Positions 41,649-53,485 of a stretch of 64,000 nucleotides of DNA are shown in pieces. Under the pieces are notes generated by a model. That model had not been told where the DNA came from. It ran no database searches and saw only the letters and a list, made by a program, of their open reading frames with translations. Each line of letters opens with the position of its first letter. Within the stretch, counting starts at the first letter, position 1. Both the position numbers and the translations under genes were made by a program. This DNA comes from an uncultured delta proteobacterium (GTDB lineage Bacteria; Desulfobacterota; Binatia; UBA9968), in the NCBI GenBank assembly GCA_963760795.1, contig CAVXEP010000003.1:64001-128000 (forward strand), read 5' to 3'.

Positions 41649-44168
41649 TCACGAAGCAAGCACTGCCCGCAAATAACGCCCGGTCACCGACGCCGGCTCC
41701 GCCGCAATGTCCTCTGGCGTACCTTTGGCGACGATATTTCCTCCGGTCGTTCCACCGCCAGGACCGAGATCCAAGACAAAGTCAGCGCACTTAATCACTT
41801 CGAGATTATGCTCGACAATAATCATGGTGTTGCCGAGATCGGTTAGACGATTGAGCAGATCGAGAAGTTGCTTGATGTCATCGAAATGGAGTCCGGTGGT
41901 CGGCTCGTCGAGGAGATAGAGCGAGCGCCCGGTCGAGCGACGCGCCAATTCGCGCGCCAGCTTGAGCCGCTGCGCTTCGCCGCCGGAGAGGGTTACGGCG
42001 GATTGGCCGAGGGTCAAATAGCTCAAACCAACTTCACGCAACATGCGTAACCGGTCATGAATCGGCGGCACGGCGCTCAGCAGTTCCGCCGCTTGGTTGA
42101 CCGTGAGGTCCAAGACATCGGCGATGCTCAGACCTTTGTATTTGACATCCAACGTCTCGCGGTTGTAGCGCCGCCCTTTACAGGACTCGCAGGTGACAAA
42201 CATCTCGGGGAGAAAATACATCTCGACCCGGGTGATACCGTCGCCCTGGCAAGCTTCGCAGCGGCCGCCCTTGGCGTTGAAGGAAAACCGTTCGGCTTTG
42301 AAGCCGCGCACCCGCGCTTCGGGAACTTGCGCGAACAGCTCGCGCAAATGATCGTGCAGTCCCATGAATGTCGCCGGGTTCGAGCGCGCCGTGCGGCCGA
42401 TCGGCGATTGATCGACGGCGATCACCCGGTCGAAACTTTCCCAGCCGGAGATTTGCTGCGACTCGACACTCTTGCCGCGGCCTTTCTGCAACCGCTCGCT
42501 GATGCCGCCATGAAGAACTTCCATCACCAAGGTACTCTTGCCCGCGCCCGAGACGCCGGTCACGCAGCTCAACGCGCCGATGGGAAAAGCCACGGTGAGA
42601 TTCTTCAAGTTGCGTTGGCGAACGCCGGTAATCTGCAAAAAATTCCCGCTGCCGCCACGCCGCTGCGGCGGCCGAAGAATCTCCAACTCGCGCGCAGAGA
42701 TATTTTCCGGTAAGTGAGCGATGATTTTTTTGTAATTCGGCAGGCGTACCGTGCGCCACCACTTCGCCGCCGTTGACGCCGGCGCCGGGCCCCATGTCGA
42801 TGACGTAATCGGCGGCGCCAATGGTCTCGGGATCATGCTCGACGACGATCACCGAGTTACCGCCCTCGCGCAGCTGGCGCAACAGGCGAATCAACCGCTC
42901 GTTATCTTTCTGGTGCAGGCCTATGCTCGGCTCGTCGAGAATATAGAGCACTCCCGCCAGGCTCGAACCGATCTGGGTCGCCAGCCGCACCCGCTGGAGC
43001 TCGCCGCCAGATAACGTCGTCGTCGGCCGATCCAGACTCAAGTAGTCGAGCCCCAACTCGCCCAAGCAGCGTAGCCGGCTGGCGATCTCGGCGATAATTC
43101 TTTGCCCGACCACCTTGCGTTCTGGTGCGAGTTCGAGACCATCGAGAAATGACAGATTCTCACTAATCGAAGCCGCGGCAAATGTGGCAATACTTTCGCC
43201 GGCGATGCGCACCGCCAAGCTTGCCTTACGCAAGCGGCTGCCGCGACAATCTGAACATGGCGTGGCATCTGTCTCATCGGCGACGCGCTTGGCGCGCTTG
43301 ATCTCAATGCCAGTACCGTTGCACGCCGGGCACGCCCCCTCTGGGCTGTTGAACGAGAACAGACTCGGGGTAATTTCGCCCAGCGCCGTACCACAATCGA
43401 CGCAAGTGAAATTCAGACTGAAACGTAATGGCGCCGGCGTAGTTGCACCAGCGCCAAGAATCTCGACCTTGATCGTCTGCTGCCCCGCCCGCGCGGCAAC
43501 TTCCAGAGAATCGGCCAGGCGCTTTTCAATGCCGTCGCGCAGCACCAGCCGGTCGACGACGAGATCGAGTTGACTCGCGTGCTTGTAGAGCATCGGGAAT
43601 CTCGCCGCCAAGCTCGAAGCTCTGTCCGTCGAACATGACGCGCGTTAAAACCCTGGCGCGCGAGTTCTGCTAAACTCTTACCGGCGCCGCCTGGCGAGAA
43701 TTGAACTGGCGCCAAGATAAGCAGTCGCGATCCCGTAGCCAGCGCCATGATGCAATCGCCGATTTGCTCGATAGTTTGGGCGTTGATTTCCCGGCCGCAG
43801 TTGACGCACAACGGCTGGCCAACCCGCGCGAACAAAAGGCGCAGAAAATCATAAATGTCGCTGAGCGTGCCGACGGTGGAGCGGGGATTGTGCGCGGCGG
43901 CTTTTTGCTGAATCGCGATGGCCGGTGACAGCCCGTCGATGCGATCGACATCGGGCTTGGCCATTTGCTTGAGGAGCTGGCGCGTGTCGGCGCCGAGGGA
44001 TTCGAGATAGCGCCGTTGTCCTTCGGCGTAGAGCGTATCGAAGGCCAGCGAGGACTTACCGGAGCCGGAAACCCCGGTGATGACGACCAGCTGGTCGCGC
44101 GGAATCTCCAGGTCGATATTCTTGAGATTATGGACGCGCGCGCCCTGGATGACGATTTGGCCCGCCAT
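41649..44168 (-). CDS. uvrA: excinuclease ABC subunit A, short variant; about 3 apparent frameshifts
   Basis: GARVHNLKN, two Walker A ([16 protein letters not shown]), LSGGE twice, Zn motifs; split over frames near 43646, 43597 and 42693. Confidence 0.88.
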
Positions 44169-44176
44169 CGTGAAAA

Positions 44177-45533
44177 TTACTCCAGCTCGAATTCTCTGAG
44201 TTTACCTTCGATCAGCGCGCGATATTCCTTGAGCTTGGCGGCGGACTGCGCTTCGAAACGGAGCACCAATGCCGGCTGGGTATTGGAAGCGCGCACCAAC
44301 CCCCAGCCTTCCGCGAATTGCACGCGCACGCCATCGATATCGATGACATCATAGTGCCGGCGAAAATATTCTGTGGCCTTGTCGGCGATGATAAACTTTC
44401 TGTCATCGGGGCAATCGACGCGCAGCTCCGGCGTCGATACGCTGTTCGGCAGATCGGCGAGCAGTGTCGACAGCGGCTTGCCGGAATCGGCGAGTATTTC
44501 CAACAGACGCAGCGAGGCATAGACGGCGTCGTCATAGCCAAAGTAGCGCTCTTTGAAAAACATATGGCCGGTCATCTCGCCGGCCAACAGCGCACCGGTC
44601 TCTTTCATCTTCGCCTTGAGCAAGGAATGGCCGGCCTTCCACATGATCGGCTTGCCGCCATGTTTGGCGATGTCGTCGAACAGCCGCTGCGAACATTTCA
44701 CCTCCGAGATCACCACCGCTCCGGGATTGCGCTTGAGCATATCCCGGGCGAACAGGATCAGTAACTCGTCGCCCCAGAGAATATTGCCCTGCTCATCGAC
44801 GGCGCCGATGCGGTCGGCGTCGCCGTCGTAGGCGACGCCAAGATCGGCTTTCTCTTTTCTTACTTTGGCAATCAGCATGGCTAGATTTTCCGGCACCGTC
44901 GGATCAGGATGGTGCAACGGGAAATTACCATCCGGCGCGCAGCCGATCTCCCACACCTGGCAACCCAATTGGCGAAAAATCGGCGGCGCCACCGGACCGC
45001 CGACGCCACTGCCGGCATCGACGACAATTTTTAACGGGCGCGCCAGCTTCGGCACGTCGGCTAATAGATGCTGGTGATAGGGCGGCAGGATTTCATAACG
45101 TTGCCACTTCGCCGCCCGGCCGCTCGCGAAATTCGCCGCGCTCCATCTTCTGGCGAATCTCTTGAATCCGCTCGCCATAGAGCGTGTCTTTGCCCAGGCA
45201 AATTTTAAAGCCGTTGTACTCCGACGGATTGTGGCTGGCGGTGATTTGAATGCCGCCGTCGACGTCCAGGTGAAACAGAGAGAAATAGAGTAGCGGTGAC
45301 GGACAAACGCCGAGATCGTAGACTTGCAGGCCAGCCGACACCAGGCCAGCGATCACAGCTTCGGCATAAGCATCGGAAGTCGCCCGGCAGTCCCGCCCCA
45401 CGGTGGCGCGTGTGCCGCCTGTTTCCGCGATCATGGTCCCGTGCACCTTGCCGAGCAGCAGGGCGAACTCTTTGTCGAAATCGATTTCCGCCAGACCGCG
45501 AATGTCGTACTCGCGAAACACCGCGGAGTTCAT
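44177..45533 (-). CDS. phosphomannomutase/phosphoglucomutase (apparent frameshift near 45103)
   Basis: [33 protein letters not shown]. Confidence 0.92.
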
Positions 45534-46554
45534 GTTTTTTTCGGACCGCATGGTTTTGCCGCGCAAGACGCGCCGCCAGGAGAATCGCTTCCTTCATGCT
45601 GGTTTCATCGGCTTTATCCTTGCCGGCGATATCGTAGGCGGTGCCATGGTCCACCGAGGTGCGGATGAATGGCGGTCCCAGCGTCAGTGCCACGCCACCG
45701 TAGAAATGGTGCAGTTTGAGCGGGATCAAACCTTGATCGTGATACATGCACACCACCGCGTCGTAATCGCCGCGCGCCGCATGATGAAACAAACTATCCG
45801 CGGGAAACGGTCCATGCACGGGAATCCCGCGCTGGCGTGCCGCCTTGACCGCTGGCGCGATGATGTCAATCTCCTCGGCGCCGAAGTTGCCTTTTTCACC
45901 GCCGTGGGGATTGAGCGCCGCCACCGCGATGCGCGGCCGGGCGATGCCGAAGGATTTTTTTAAGCTTGCGTGCGTCAACGCAAAAGTCTTTTGCAGATTT
46001 TCCCGGTTCAAACTGCGCGCCACCTTGGCGAACGGAATATGGCCGGTCACCGGCACCACGCGCAGCTTAGCGCCGATCAGCATCATGCGGCATTCGGGCG
46101 TGCCGCCGAGCTCGGCAAACAATTCGGTGTGGCCGGGGTAATTATAACCGGCATCGATGAGGATATTCTTGCTCAGCGGCGCGGTGGCGATGGCATCGGC
46201 GACTTTCGAGAGCGCGAGCTTGGCCGCCACCCGAATGTAGCTGAAGGTACCGTGGCCGGCGATTTTGGCCGCGACACCGGGACGCGAATCTCTGGCGCTA
46301 AGCGCCGATAGCGAACAGACCGTAAAAGCCTTGGGATCGTCAAGCATCGGCAACAGCCGCTGGCCCGGCTGCCAGCAGAACAGTTTCGGTCGTTTGCGGC
46401 GTACATGGGTTCGCTGCAACACGCCCCAGTCGCCCAAGATTAGCGGCCGGGCGACTCTCTTGATCATTGGGTCGGCAAGCGCCTTGAGAATGATTTCCGG
46501 GCCGATTCCCGACGGATCGCCCATGGTAACGGCGATAATGGGTTTATAGGGCAT
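45530..46554 (-). CDS. pdxA: 4-hydroxythreonine-4-phosphate dehydrogenase
   Basis: TMGDPSGIGPE, GHTE, LNPH, MYHDQG, RTSVDHGTAYDIAG. The stop is probably lost through an indel at the A7 run (45535-45541). Confidence 0.92.
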
Positions 46555-46621
46555 GCGGTGGCGCAACGTCGTGAGAGATAGTGACTCGATTATCTTCACT
46601 TACGAACGTTCAGGCAAGAGA

Positions 46622-47929
46622 TTAGGGCTTTTTTGACGAGAACGGATTGAGCGAATCGACGATCGAAGAGAATATTCCCTTGGACTGCCCGGCCTTTTCT
46701 TCCGGCGGCGGCGCGAAGATATCCGGCGAATCGTCGGCCTTATCGGTGACGAATAGCGGCATGCCGAAGATACTAACGACGCTTTTGTTCGACAACGGGC
46801 TCTTGGGATCTTCGTCCTCGAATGGCGTTTCGTTGACGATGTAGGACAGCGGATTCAGATAGCTCAATGCCGAGCGCGACTCGCGGCGTGCCGGCCGGTT
46901 CGAACGTGCCATTAACGCGTTGACGGTTTCTTCTTTCGATTCTTCCGGTTTGAACGTCACCCCGGCGAGCTTGACGTCGACGCGATGTTTGCGGCGCAGA
47001 TCGGACTTGAGCCATTTAGCGAAGCGCTCTTCCATGGCTTTGGCGAGCAGCTCTTGTTTGATTTTCGCGGCTACGGTACTGAGCGGCAAGACTCTACCGG
47101 CTTCGCGCGCTTCCAGTTTGACGATATGCATTCCCATGCTGGTGCGGAACGGCTCGCTGACTTTACCGGGACTGAGTTTTTCAAAGGCGACATCTTCGAG
47201 CCCGGCGATCAACGTACCTTTGTTCACCCAGCCGATGTCACCGCCATCGGCGCGACCAGCGCCCTCGGAATACTCCCGCGCCAGGGCGGCGAAGTCTTCC
47301 CCTGCGACAATTCTTTTGTACAACTCCCTAGCCTTGGCAGACACGGCATTGACTTGGTCGGCAGGAGCTTTTTCCGGCAAGGACAACAAGATATGCCGGA
47401 TGCGCGCCCGTTCATTGGCCCGGTAGTTTTTCGAGTTGAGCTTATAGTAGCGTTCGACGTCTTCGTCGGTAATGTTGACCTTGCGCTTGACTTGGCGCTC
47501 GAGGATCTCGGCTTTTTCCATCTCGGTCTTAACCGAGATTTTGTAGCTCGCCAAATTCAACCCCTCGCGGGTGAGACTCGCCGTGAAATCCTCATCGGAA
47601 AGCCGATTGTTTTTCTTGACCTGTTCGATATAGCGATTGACATCGTCGTCGGTGACCCGAATTCCGGCTTCGCGCACTTCCGCTTCCATGAGCTTGTCCG
47701 TGATGAACTGCTCCAGCACTTCACGATCGGCGGCATTGATCTGCTGCAAGCTTCCTGTCGGGAAAATTGTCGCCAGGCGGGTCTTTGCGAAGGTAGTGAG
47801 ATTGGAAAGGGTATAGGGCTCGCCGTCGATCACAGCGATCAGCTGCTCGATCACGGCCGCTGGGGCACTGTGGGGCAACCCAACAATTGCCAACAAGCAT
47901 AGCCCGACATATTTCGCTCCTATGAACAT
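46622..47929 (-). CDS. surA: SurA-like parvulin PPIase chaperone
   Basis: Signal peptide, SurA N-domain, IRHILL...GEDFAALAREYS...GGDIG; upstream of pdxA. Confidence 0.85.
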   Translation of the reverse strand: MFIGAKYVGLCLLAIVGLPHSAPAAVIEQLIAVIDGEPYTLSNLTTFAKTRLATIFPTGSLQQINAADREVLEQFITDKLMEAEVREAGIRVTDDDVNRYIEQVKKNNRLSDEDFTASLTREGLNLASYKISVKTEMEKAEILERQVKRKVNITDEDVERYYKLNSKNYRANERARIRHILLSLPEKAPADQVNAVSAKARELYKRIVAGEDFAALAREYSEGAGRADGGDIGWVNKGTLIAGLEDVAFEKLSPGKVSEPFRTSMGMHIVKLEAREAGRVLPLSTVAAKIKQELLAKAMEERFAKWLKSDLRRKHRVDVKLAGVTFKPEESKEETVNALMARSNRPARRESRSALSYLNPLSYIVNETPFEDEDPKSPLSNKSVVSIFGMPLFVTDKADDSPDIFAPPPEEKAGQSKGIFSSIVDSLNPFSSKKP

Positions 47930-48055
47930 AGTCTAGATCCCCACTGCCAAACTCGCTGAAAGGTAACATAGTCAATTTTGAATTCCAAACCAGCAAATCC
48001 CGAGAGATTGCCGTTGTATAGGGCTTAAACGCCAGCGGCCGTCGATCTCGATTAT

Positions 48056-49348
48056 CTAAATTCTTGGCGGGGTCCTCGCCGCCCGCGCCGCCCAGCCGAT
48101 GAAGCAGACCGAGAGCAACGACAGGATCTGGGCGAGCCAAAACGCGCCCAGATAGCTGCCGGTCCAATCATATACCGCGCCGCCGAGCCAGGGGCCGATG
48201 CCGGCGCCGGCGCCGATGAACAACGCGATGGCGCCGATGATCGCGCCAAAGGAGTTGCCGTGAAATAGATCCGCCGCGATGGTCGGATAGAGCGACTGGC
48301 GCGACGAAAAACCGAAGGCGATCAATGGCGGGAAAGCGTAAAGCAGCCAGGCCTGCTGTGAGAAACCGATAATCATCAATAATACGATGCCAAGCATCAG
48401 CGACGCCGAGCCGAGAGCGTAACAGCGCGGACGGCCGATGCGATCGGCGAGCAACCCCATGAGAATCATACTGGGCGCTGTGAACAAACCGATCAAGCCT
48501 AGGGCCAATGCGGCAACCTCTTTGGAATAGCCGGCGTCGTTTACCGCCGCCACCTGGTGAATCAAGACCATATGCAGCGGAATCGCGCCGAACAGCACGC
48601 CGATGGCAAACCACCAAAAGCGCGTCGTGCGCAGCGCCTGCTTGAGCGTGATCCCCTGAGCTCCGGCGTTGCCGCCATGGCCATGGCCGGTGGGCACCGG
48701 CCCCTCATAGGCTCCGAAATCCGGCTTGAGTCCCATTTGTTCCGGGCGCTGGCGCTGCAAGAAAAAATTTGCCGGAGCCACCAGGCAAATCAATAAGCCG
48801 GCGAGAATAAAAAACGCCTGGCGCCAGCCGAAGTTGGCGATTAGCCATTGAGTAAGCGGCACGACGATGAGTATGCCCAGACCGATACCGGAAGCCGCCA
48901 GGCCGATGGCCATGCCGCGCTTACGCACGAACCAATTGGCGAGAAAGGTCGCCTGCGAGGTCATCGGCAGGGCGGCAAAACCGGCACCGACGAGAATGCC
49001 CATGCCGAGATAAAATTCGACCACCGTGCCGGCCAGCCCGCTGACGATCAATCCCGCAGCCATGACCAGCGCACCGCCAGTCATCACCGGTCGCGGTCCA
49101 TAGCGGTCGAGCAGGTTGCCGATCACCGGCGCCACCACCGTCCACACCATCGACCCCAACATCAAGGCGCCCGAGGCGAGCGCGCGGCTCCAATGAAACT
49201 CTTCGATGACCGCGATGAGAAATACGGCAAAAGCATTACGTGCGCCAAAGGCCATGGCCACGGTGAGAAACGCCACGCCGATGACGATCCAGGGATAACA
49301 GCGTTGCACCATGCGGCTCGGAGCCGGCGAGGTAATATCAGCCTTCAT
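48056..49348 (-). CDS. MFS transporter (OFA/MCT-like)
   Basis: About 12 TM helices; GNLLDRYGPR and LADRIGR motif A. Confidence 0.9.
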   Translation of the reverse strand: MKADITSPAPSRMVQRCYPWIVIGVAFLTVAMAFGARNAFAVFLIAVIEEFHWSRALASGALMLGSMVWTVVAPVIGNLLDRYGPRPVMTGGALVMAAGLIVSGLAGTVVEFYLGMGILVGAGFAALPMTSQATFLANWFVRKRGMAIGLAASGIGLGILIVVPLTQWLIANFGWRQAFFILAGLLICLVAPANFFLQRQRPEQMGLKPDFGAYEGPVPTGHGHGGNAGAQGITLKQALRTTRFWWFAIGVLFGAIPLHMVLIHQVAAVNDAGYSKEVAALALGLIGLFTAPSMILMGLLADRIGRPRCYALGSASLMLGIVLLMIIGFSQQAWLLYAFPPLIAFGFSSRQSLYPTIAADLFHGNSFGAIIGAIALFIGAGAGIGPWLGGAVYDWTGSYLGAFWLAQILSLLSVCFIGWAARAARTPPRI

Positions 49349-49369
49349 GATTGAAGCAACTTGGCCTGG

Positions 49370-49440
49370 GGAGAAATGGAGTGTTGGAGAAATGGGCTCG
49401 GATTTTCCGTCGTCCCGCCAGTACTCCAAGACGCCAACCT
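49370..49440. repeat. 8-nt periodic inverted intergenic repeat (GGAGnnnT / CCAnnACT)
   Basis: ggagaaat ggagtgtt ggagaaat gg ... ccagtact ccaagacg ccaa. Confidence 0.55.
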
Positions 49441-49445
49441 TCGCT

Positions 49446-52400
49446 TCACCCCACCGGTATCCACTGAGCTTTTTGGGGAGCCGGAATTTCGCGAATCGCG
49501 TGAAGCAACTCGATAACTTCACTGGCCAACGGTTGCCAGTCTGATTGCTTCGGCATGAACGACATGCGGCCGTCGGGCGCCAAGCGGAAACGATTTTTTT
49601 GCTTATGAATGAGTTCGAGCAGCTTGTCGACTTTGACCGGCGAATCAGGATGGAAGAGCAAAAATATCTTGCCGTCGGAGAAGCTGATCTGCTGAACAAG
49701 GAACTCTTTGAGCTCTCGGCGCAGATTCATCACCAGAAATAAGTTGTCGACGACTTCACTATAGGGACCGAAGCGGTCTTCGATCTCTGCTTTCAACTCG
49801 TCGAGCTCGGCGGCGTTCTTCAGGCTCGCCAAGCGCTTGTAAAAATACAGCCGCTGGTTGGCGTCGGGCATGTAGTTATCGGGGAAGTAGGCCGAGATGC
49901 CCAGGCGAATTTCCGGATCGATCTCCGGCAAGATCTCTTCGCCTTTGAGCTCTTGAATCGCCGCCTGCATCATCTCGGTGTAAAGCTCGAAACCCACCGC
50001 GGTGATCTGCCCCGACTGTTGATCGCCCAACAGATTGCCGGCGCCGCGGATTTCGAGATCGTGCAGCGCCAACTTAAAACCGCCGCCCAGGCCGTCGAGC
50101 TCCTGCAATGCGCGCAAGCGCCGTTCGGCATCCGGTGTGATCGCGTGCTCGCCCGGTATTAATAAATAAGCGAATGCATGGCGGTGCGAGCGCCCGACCC
50201 GGCCGCGCAACTGATAGAGCTGCGCCAAGCCGAAGCGGTCGGCGCGGTTGATGATGATCGTGTTGGCATTGGGAAAGTCGAGGCCCGACTCGATGATCGC
50301 AGAACAGACCAACACCTGCGTCTTGTTTTCAAGGAAATCGACCATGACTTTTTCCAACTCCTTCGGCCGCATCTGCCCATGACCCACCGCCATCTTCGCC
50401 TCGGGGATGAGTTCCGCCAATTTGAGCGCCACTCGATCGATTGTTTCGACGCGGTTGTGAAGAAAAAACACCTGCCCGCCGCGCTCGATCTCGCGCAGGA
50501 TGGCGTCGCGGATTACCCGATCGTCATAACGGGTGACGTAGGTCTGAATCGCCAGCCGGTCTACCGGCGGCGTTTCAATGATGCTCAAGTCACGAATACC
50601 GACCAGCGACATGTGCAAGGTGCGCGGGATCGGCGTCGCGGTCAGGCTCAAGACATCGACCAGCGCGCGCATTTTTTTCAGCCGCTCTTTGTGCACCACG
50701 CCGAAACGGTGTTCTTCGTCGATGATCACCAGTCCCAAATCTTTGAAGTCGACATCTTTCTGCAATAAGCGGTGCGTGCCGACGACGATATCAACCTGGC
50801 CTTTGGCGGTGTCGCTGAGAACCCGCGCGATTTCTTTGCTGGTCAAAAACCGGCTGACCATTTCGACGCGCACCGGATGATTGCGGAAGCGGTGGCGAAA
50901 GGTTTGCAGATGCTGTTGCGCCAAGATCGTCGTCGGCGCCAGGACCGCCACTTGCTTCCCCCCCTCGACGGCGAGAAACGCGGCGCGCATGGCAACTTCG
51001 GTTTTGCCGTAGCCGACATCGCCGCAGACCAAGCGGTCCATCGGCTTTCGGCTCTGCATGCTCGCCAGCGTGTCGTCGATGGCACGCTGTTGGTCCGGCG
51101 TCTCCTCGAACTCGAAGGCGGCTTCGAACTCTTTGTACATGTTGTCCGGCGGCGCGAACGCCGTGCCGCCGCGCGCTTCGCGCAAGGCGTAGAGCTGGAC
51201 CAACTCTTCGGCCATGGCGAGCACGGTTTTTTTCGCCCTGGCTTTGACCTTTTCCCAGGCCGTGCCGCCCAACCGGTCGAGGGACGGCTGCGCGCCATCG
51301 CCGCCGATGTATTTCTGCACCATATTGATGCGGTCGACAGGTAAATAAAGCCGGTCGCCCGCTTCATATTCAAGATGGAGAAACTCGCCCTCGACGCCGG
51401 CCACCTTGAGAAATTTGAGGCCGCGGTAAACGCCGATGCCATGGTCGAGATGAACGACGTAATCGTCCTGCTTCAACTCGCTCAGGCTGGAGAGAAAATG
51501 GCTCGGATAACTCTTGGTCGCCGTGGTCGGCTGGCGCTTGCGCGTGGCGAAGATCTCGTCGAAGGTGACCAAGATCAGCTGCGCTTCGGGCAAGCGGAAG
51601 CCTTGATTCAAATTGCCGCGGACGATTCCTCGCGCGATATCCGGGCGCGCCAACACCGTCGGAATGGCATCTTCGACTAGCGCCACTTCGACTTGGTAGC
51701 CACCCAGGAGCTCGCGCAAGCGCACCGCATCGCCCTTGGTCGGCGCGACGAAGATGACTTTTTCGCTGCCCCAAGTCTTCAAGCGTTCGACCAGTGGTGC
51801 CAGGGAGACATCCTTGCCGTGCAGCGCCGGGTCCTGGCGCAAATCGCTGGTCAGAAAGGACTCGACGTTTAACGTCCTCTCCTGGGCCTTTTCCGCTGCG
51901 GCAAGCAGCATCAACGCTTCGCCGTGAATGGCCGAAAATGGCTCGAACGTTGCGCGCCACTCATGTTCGTTTAAGTATAGCTGCTCCACCGGCGCCACCA
52001 GGCGGTGATCTTCTTTAGCCTGCCGGTTGCGCGCCCAGGCATGCTGGCCAAAGCGCTCGCTTTCCGCTTCGACGCGGTCGCCGCCATCGAGCCAGACCAG
52101 CGTGTTAGCCGGCAAATAAGTGGTCACCGGCACCAAGTCGGGGCAGAAGTATGGCAGCAAGAATTCCACGCCGGCGACCGGGATGCCTTCGCGGAGGGAT
52201 TCAAGCAACGCCTGGCGCTCGTGCCGGTCGACTTCCAACTCCAGCGCGCGCTGCTCCAAACGCTTGATCGATTCGTCGATGCCGGCGCGTTTGAGCGCGA
52301 ACTCCTTCATCGGCAGAAGTATGAATTCTTCCTGCACCGCCTCGGTGCGCTGATTGGCCGGACTGAACTCGCGGATCGATTCCAAGCGGTCGCCGTCGAA

Positions 52401-52991
52401 TTCGAGGCGAATCGGCCGGCCGTAGCCGGGCGGAAACAGATCGACGATGCCACCGCGCACACTGAAATCACCGCGCTCCTCGACCAACGGGACATTTTGA
52501 AATCCCCAGTGGATCAGGTGATCGAGCAACCCCTCGCGCGGCAAATCTTGGCCGACAACGATGTAGAGATAGGATTTTTTTAACGTCTCTTTCGGAATCA
52601 CCCGCTGCATGAGCGCCGCCGGCGTCGCGATCAAGATCGGCGCCGGCTCTTCGATTAGTTTGTAGAGCCCTTCCAAACGGCCGGCGATGTTTTCCGGATG
52701 GGGCGAAAGATTTTCAAAGGGCAAGACTTCCCAGGAGGGAAACAGATGGAGTCGACGGCGCAACGGCGCCAAACCGCGCTCCTCGCCGAGAAAAAACCCC
52801 AGGTCGTCGTAAAGAGTTTCCGCCTGGTTGGCGCTCGGCGCGATCACCAGCATCGGCCGCTGGCCATCGGCCGCCGCGAGAGCGAGCAGATAGGCGCGCG
52901 CGCCGCCCTGGATGCCCTGAATGCGCTTGCTGCCCGCCCAGCTCCCGCGCAGGAACTGAGCGAGCTTTTCGCTGAGCGGTTGAGCGGTCAT
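49446..52991 (-). CDS. mfd: transcription-repair coupling factor
   Basis: RGGIVDLF, DYVVHLDHGIG, GDVGYGKTEVA, DEEHRFG, TATPIPRT, QLRGRVGR, DLEIRGAGNLLG. Confidence 0.97.
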   Translation of the reverse strand: MTAQPLSEKLAQFLRGSWAGSKRIQGIQGGARAYLLALAAADGQRPMLVIAPSANQAETLYDDLGFFLGEERGLAPLRRRLHLFPSWEVLPFENLSPHPENIAGRLEGLYKLIEEPAPILIATPAALMQRVIPKETLKKSYLYIVVGQDLPREGLLDHLIHWGFQNVPLVEERGDFSVRGGIVDLFPPGYGRPIRLEFDGDRLESIREFSPANQRTEAVQEEFILLPMKEFALKRAGIDESIKRLEQRALELEVDRHERQALLESLREGIPVAGVEFLLPYFCPDLVPVTTYLPANTLVWLDGGDRVEAESERFGQHAWARNRQAKEDHRLVAPVEQLYLNEHEWRATFEPFSAIHGEALMLLAAAEKAQERTLNVESFLTSDLRQDPALHGKDVSLAPLVERLKTWGSEKVIFVAPTKGDAVRLRELLGGYQVEVALVEDAIPTVLARPDIARGIVRGNLNQGFRLPEAQLILVTFDEIFATRKRQPTTATKSYPSHFLSSLSELKQDDYVVHLDHGIGVYRGLKFLKVAGVEGEFLHLEYEAGDRLYLPVDRINMVQKYIGGDGAQPSLDRLGGTAWEKVKARAKKTVLAMAEELVQLYALREARGGTAFAPPDNMYKEFEAAFEFEETPDQQRAIDDTLASMQSRKPMDRLVCGDVGYGKTEVAMRAAFLAVEGGKQVAVLAPTTILAQQHLQTFRHRFRNHPVRVEMVSRFLTSKEIARVLSDTAKGQVDIVVGTHRLLQKDVDFKDLGLVIIDEEHRFGVVHKERLKKMRALVDVLSLTATPIPRTLHMSLVGIRDLSIIETPPVDRLAIQTYVTRYDDRVIRDAILREIERGGQVFFLHNRVETIDRVALKLAELIPEAKMAVGHGQMRPKELEKVMVDFLENKTQVLVCSAIIESGLDFPNANTIIINRADRFGLAQLYQLRGRVGRSHRHAFAYLLIPGEHAITPDAERRLRALQELDGLGGGFKLALHDLEIRGAGNLLGDQQSGQITAVGFELYTEMMQAAIQELKGEEILPEIDPEIRLGISAYFPDNYMPDANQRLYFYKRLASLKNAAELDELKAEIEDRFGPYSEVVDNLFLVMNLRRELKEFLVQQISFSDGKIFLLFHPDSPVKVDKLLELIHKQKNRFRLAPDGRMSFMPKQSDWQPLASEVIELLHAIREIPAPQKAQWIPVG

Positions 52992-53356
52992 GAAAAGAAG
53001 CTGAAACGTTGAAGCTGAATTTTCGGAATGTTCGATGCCGACGGCGTGGCGCCAGGCGGCTCGGCCGCTTTGGCCCAAGCCTCGGCCTCGGCACAGAGTT
53101 CCTTCACCCGCACTTGAAGAAACGCCGGCTGATAGTTCTCAAAGCGAATCAGCGCCTGGTAAATCCCACGCACCGCGCCCTTCACTTCGGCGAAGTCGAC
53201 AAACATACGATACGCCGCCGCCAGCCGAATTAGTCCTTCGAGAAACGGCTTGGTCTCCACCTCGCTGTCCCGGTAAAATTCTTCCAAAACCTCGTGGCAC
53301 TCGTAGAAGTTCTGGTCGTTAAATAGACGTATGCCGTCTCGCAGCCGAGCATCCAT
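52988..53356 (-). CDS. DUF309 family protein
   Basis: GIRLFNDQNFYECHEVLE motif; ATGA overlap with mfd. Confidence 0.85.
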   Translation of the reverse strand: MDARLRDGIRLFNDQNFYECHEVLEEFYRDSEVETKPFLEGLIRLAAAYRMFVDFAEVKGAVRGIYQALIRFENYQPAFLQVRVKELCAEAEAWAKAAEPPGATPSASNIPKIQLQRFSFFS

Positions 53357-53435
53357 AACTTTGAAAAACGTACGCTAGCAATTTCTCACTAGCCGCTCAA
53401 GGCGAGTAGCTCTGGACTGATCGCAAACGGAGGAG

Positions 53436-53485
53436 TTAAACGGATTGAACGTTTTGAACTACTTGAACGGCTTGGACAAGTTCAA
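53436..53485. repeat. 9-nt periodic TTGAAC array
   Basis: ttaaac, ttgaac x3 and ttggac at 53436, 53445, 53454, 53463, 53472. Confidence 0.75.

Noticed and set aside
45205-45530. Long C-terminal extension of PdxA overlapping PMM
   Set aside because: One extra A in the A7 run restores a TGA overlapping the PMM ATG, so this is a likely indel artefact.
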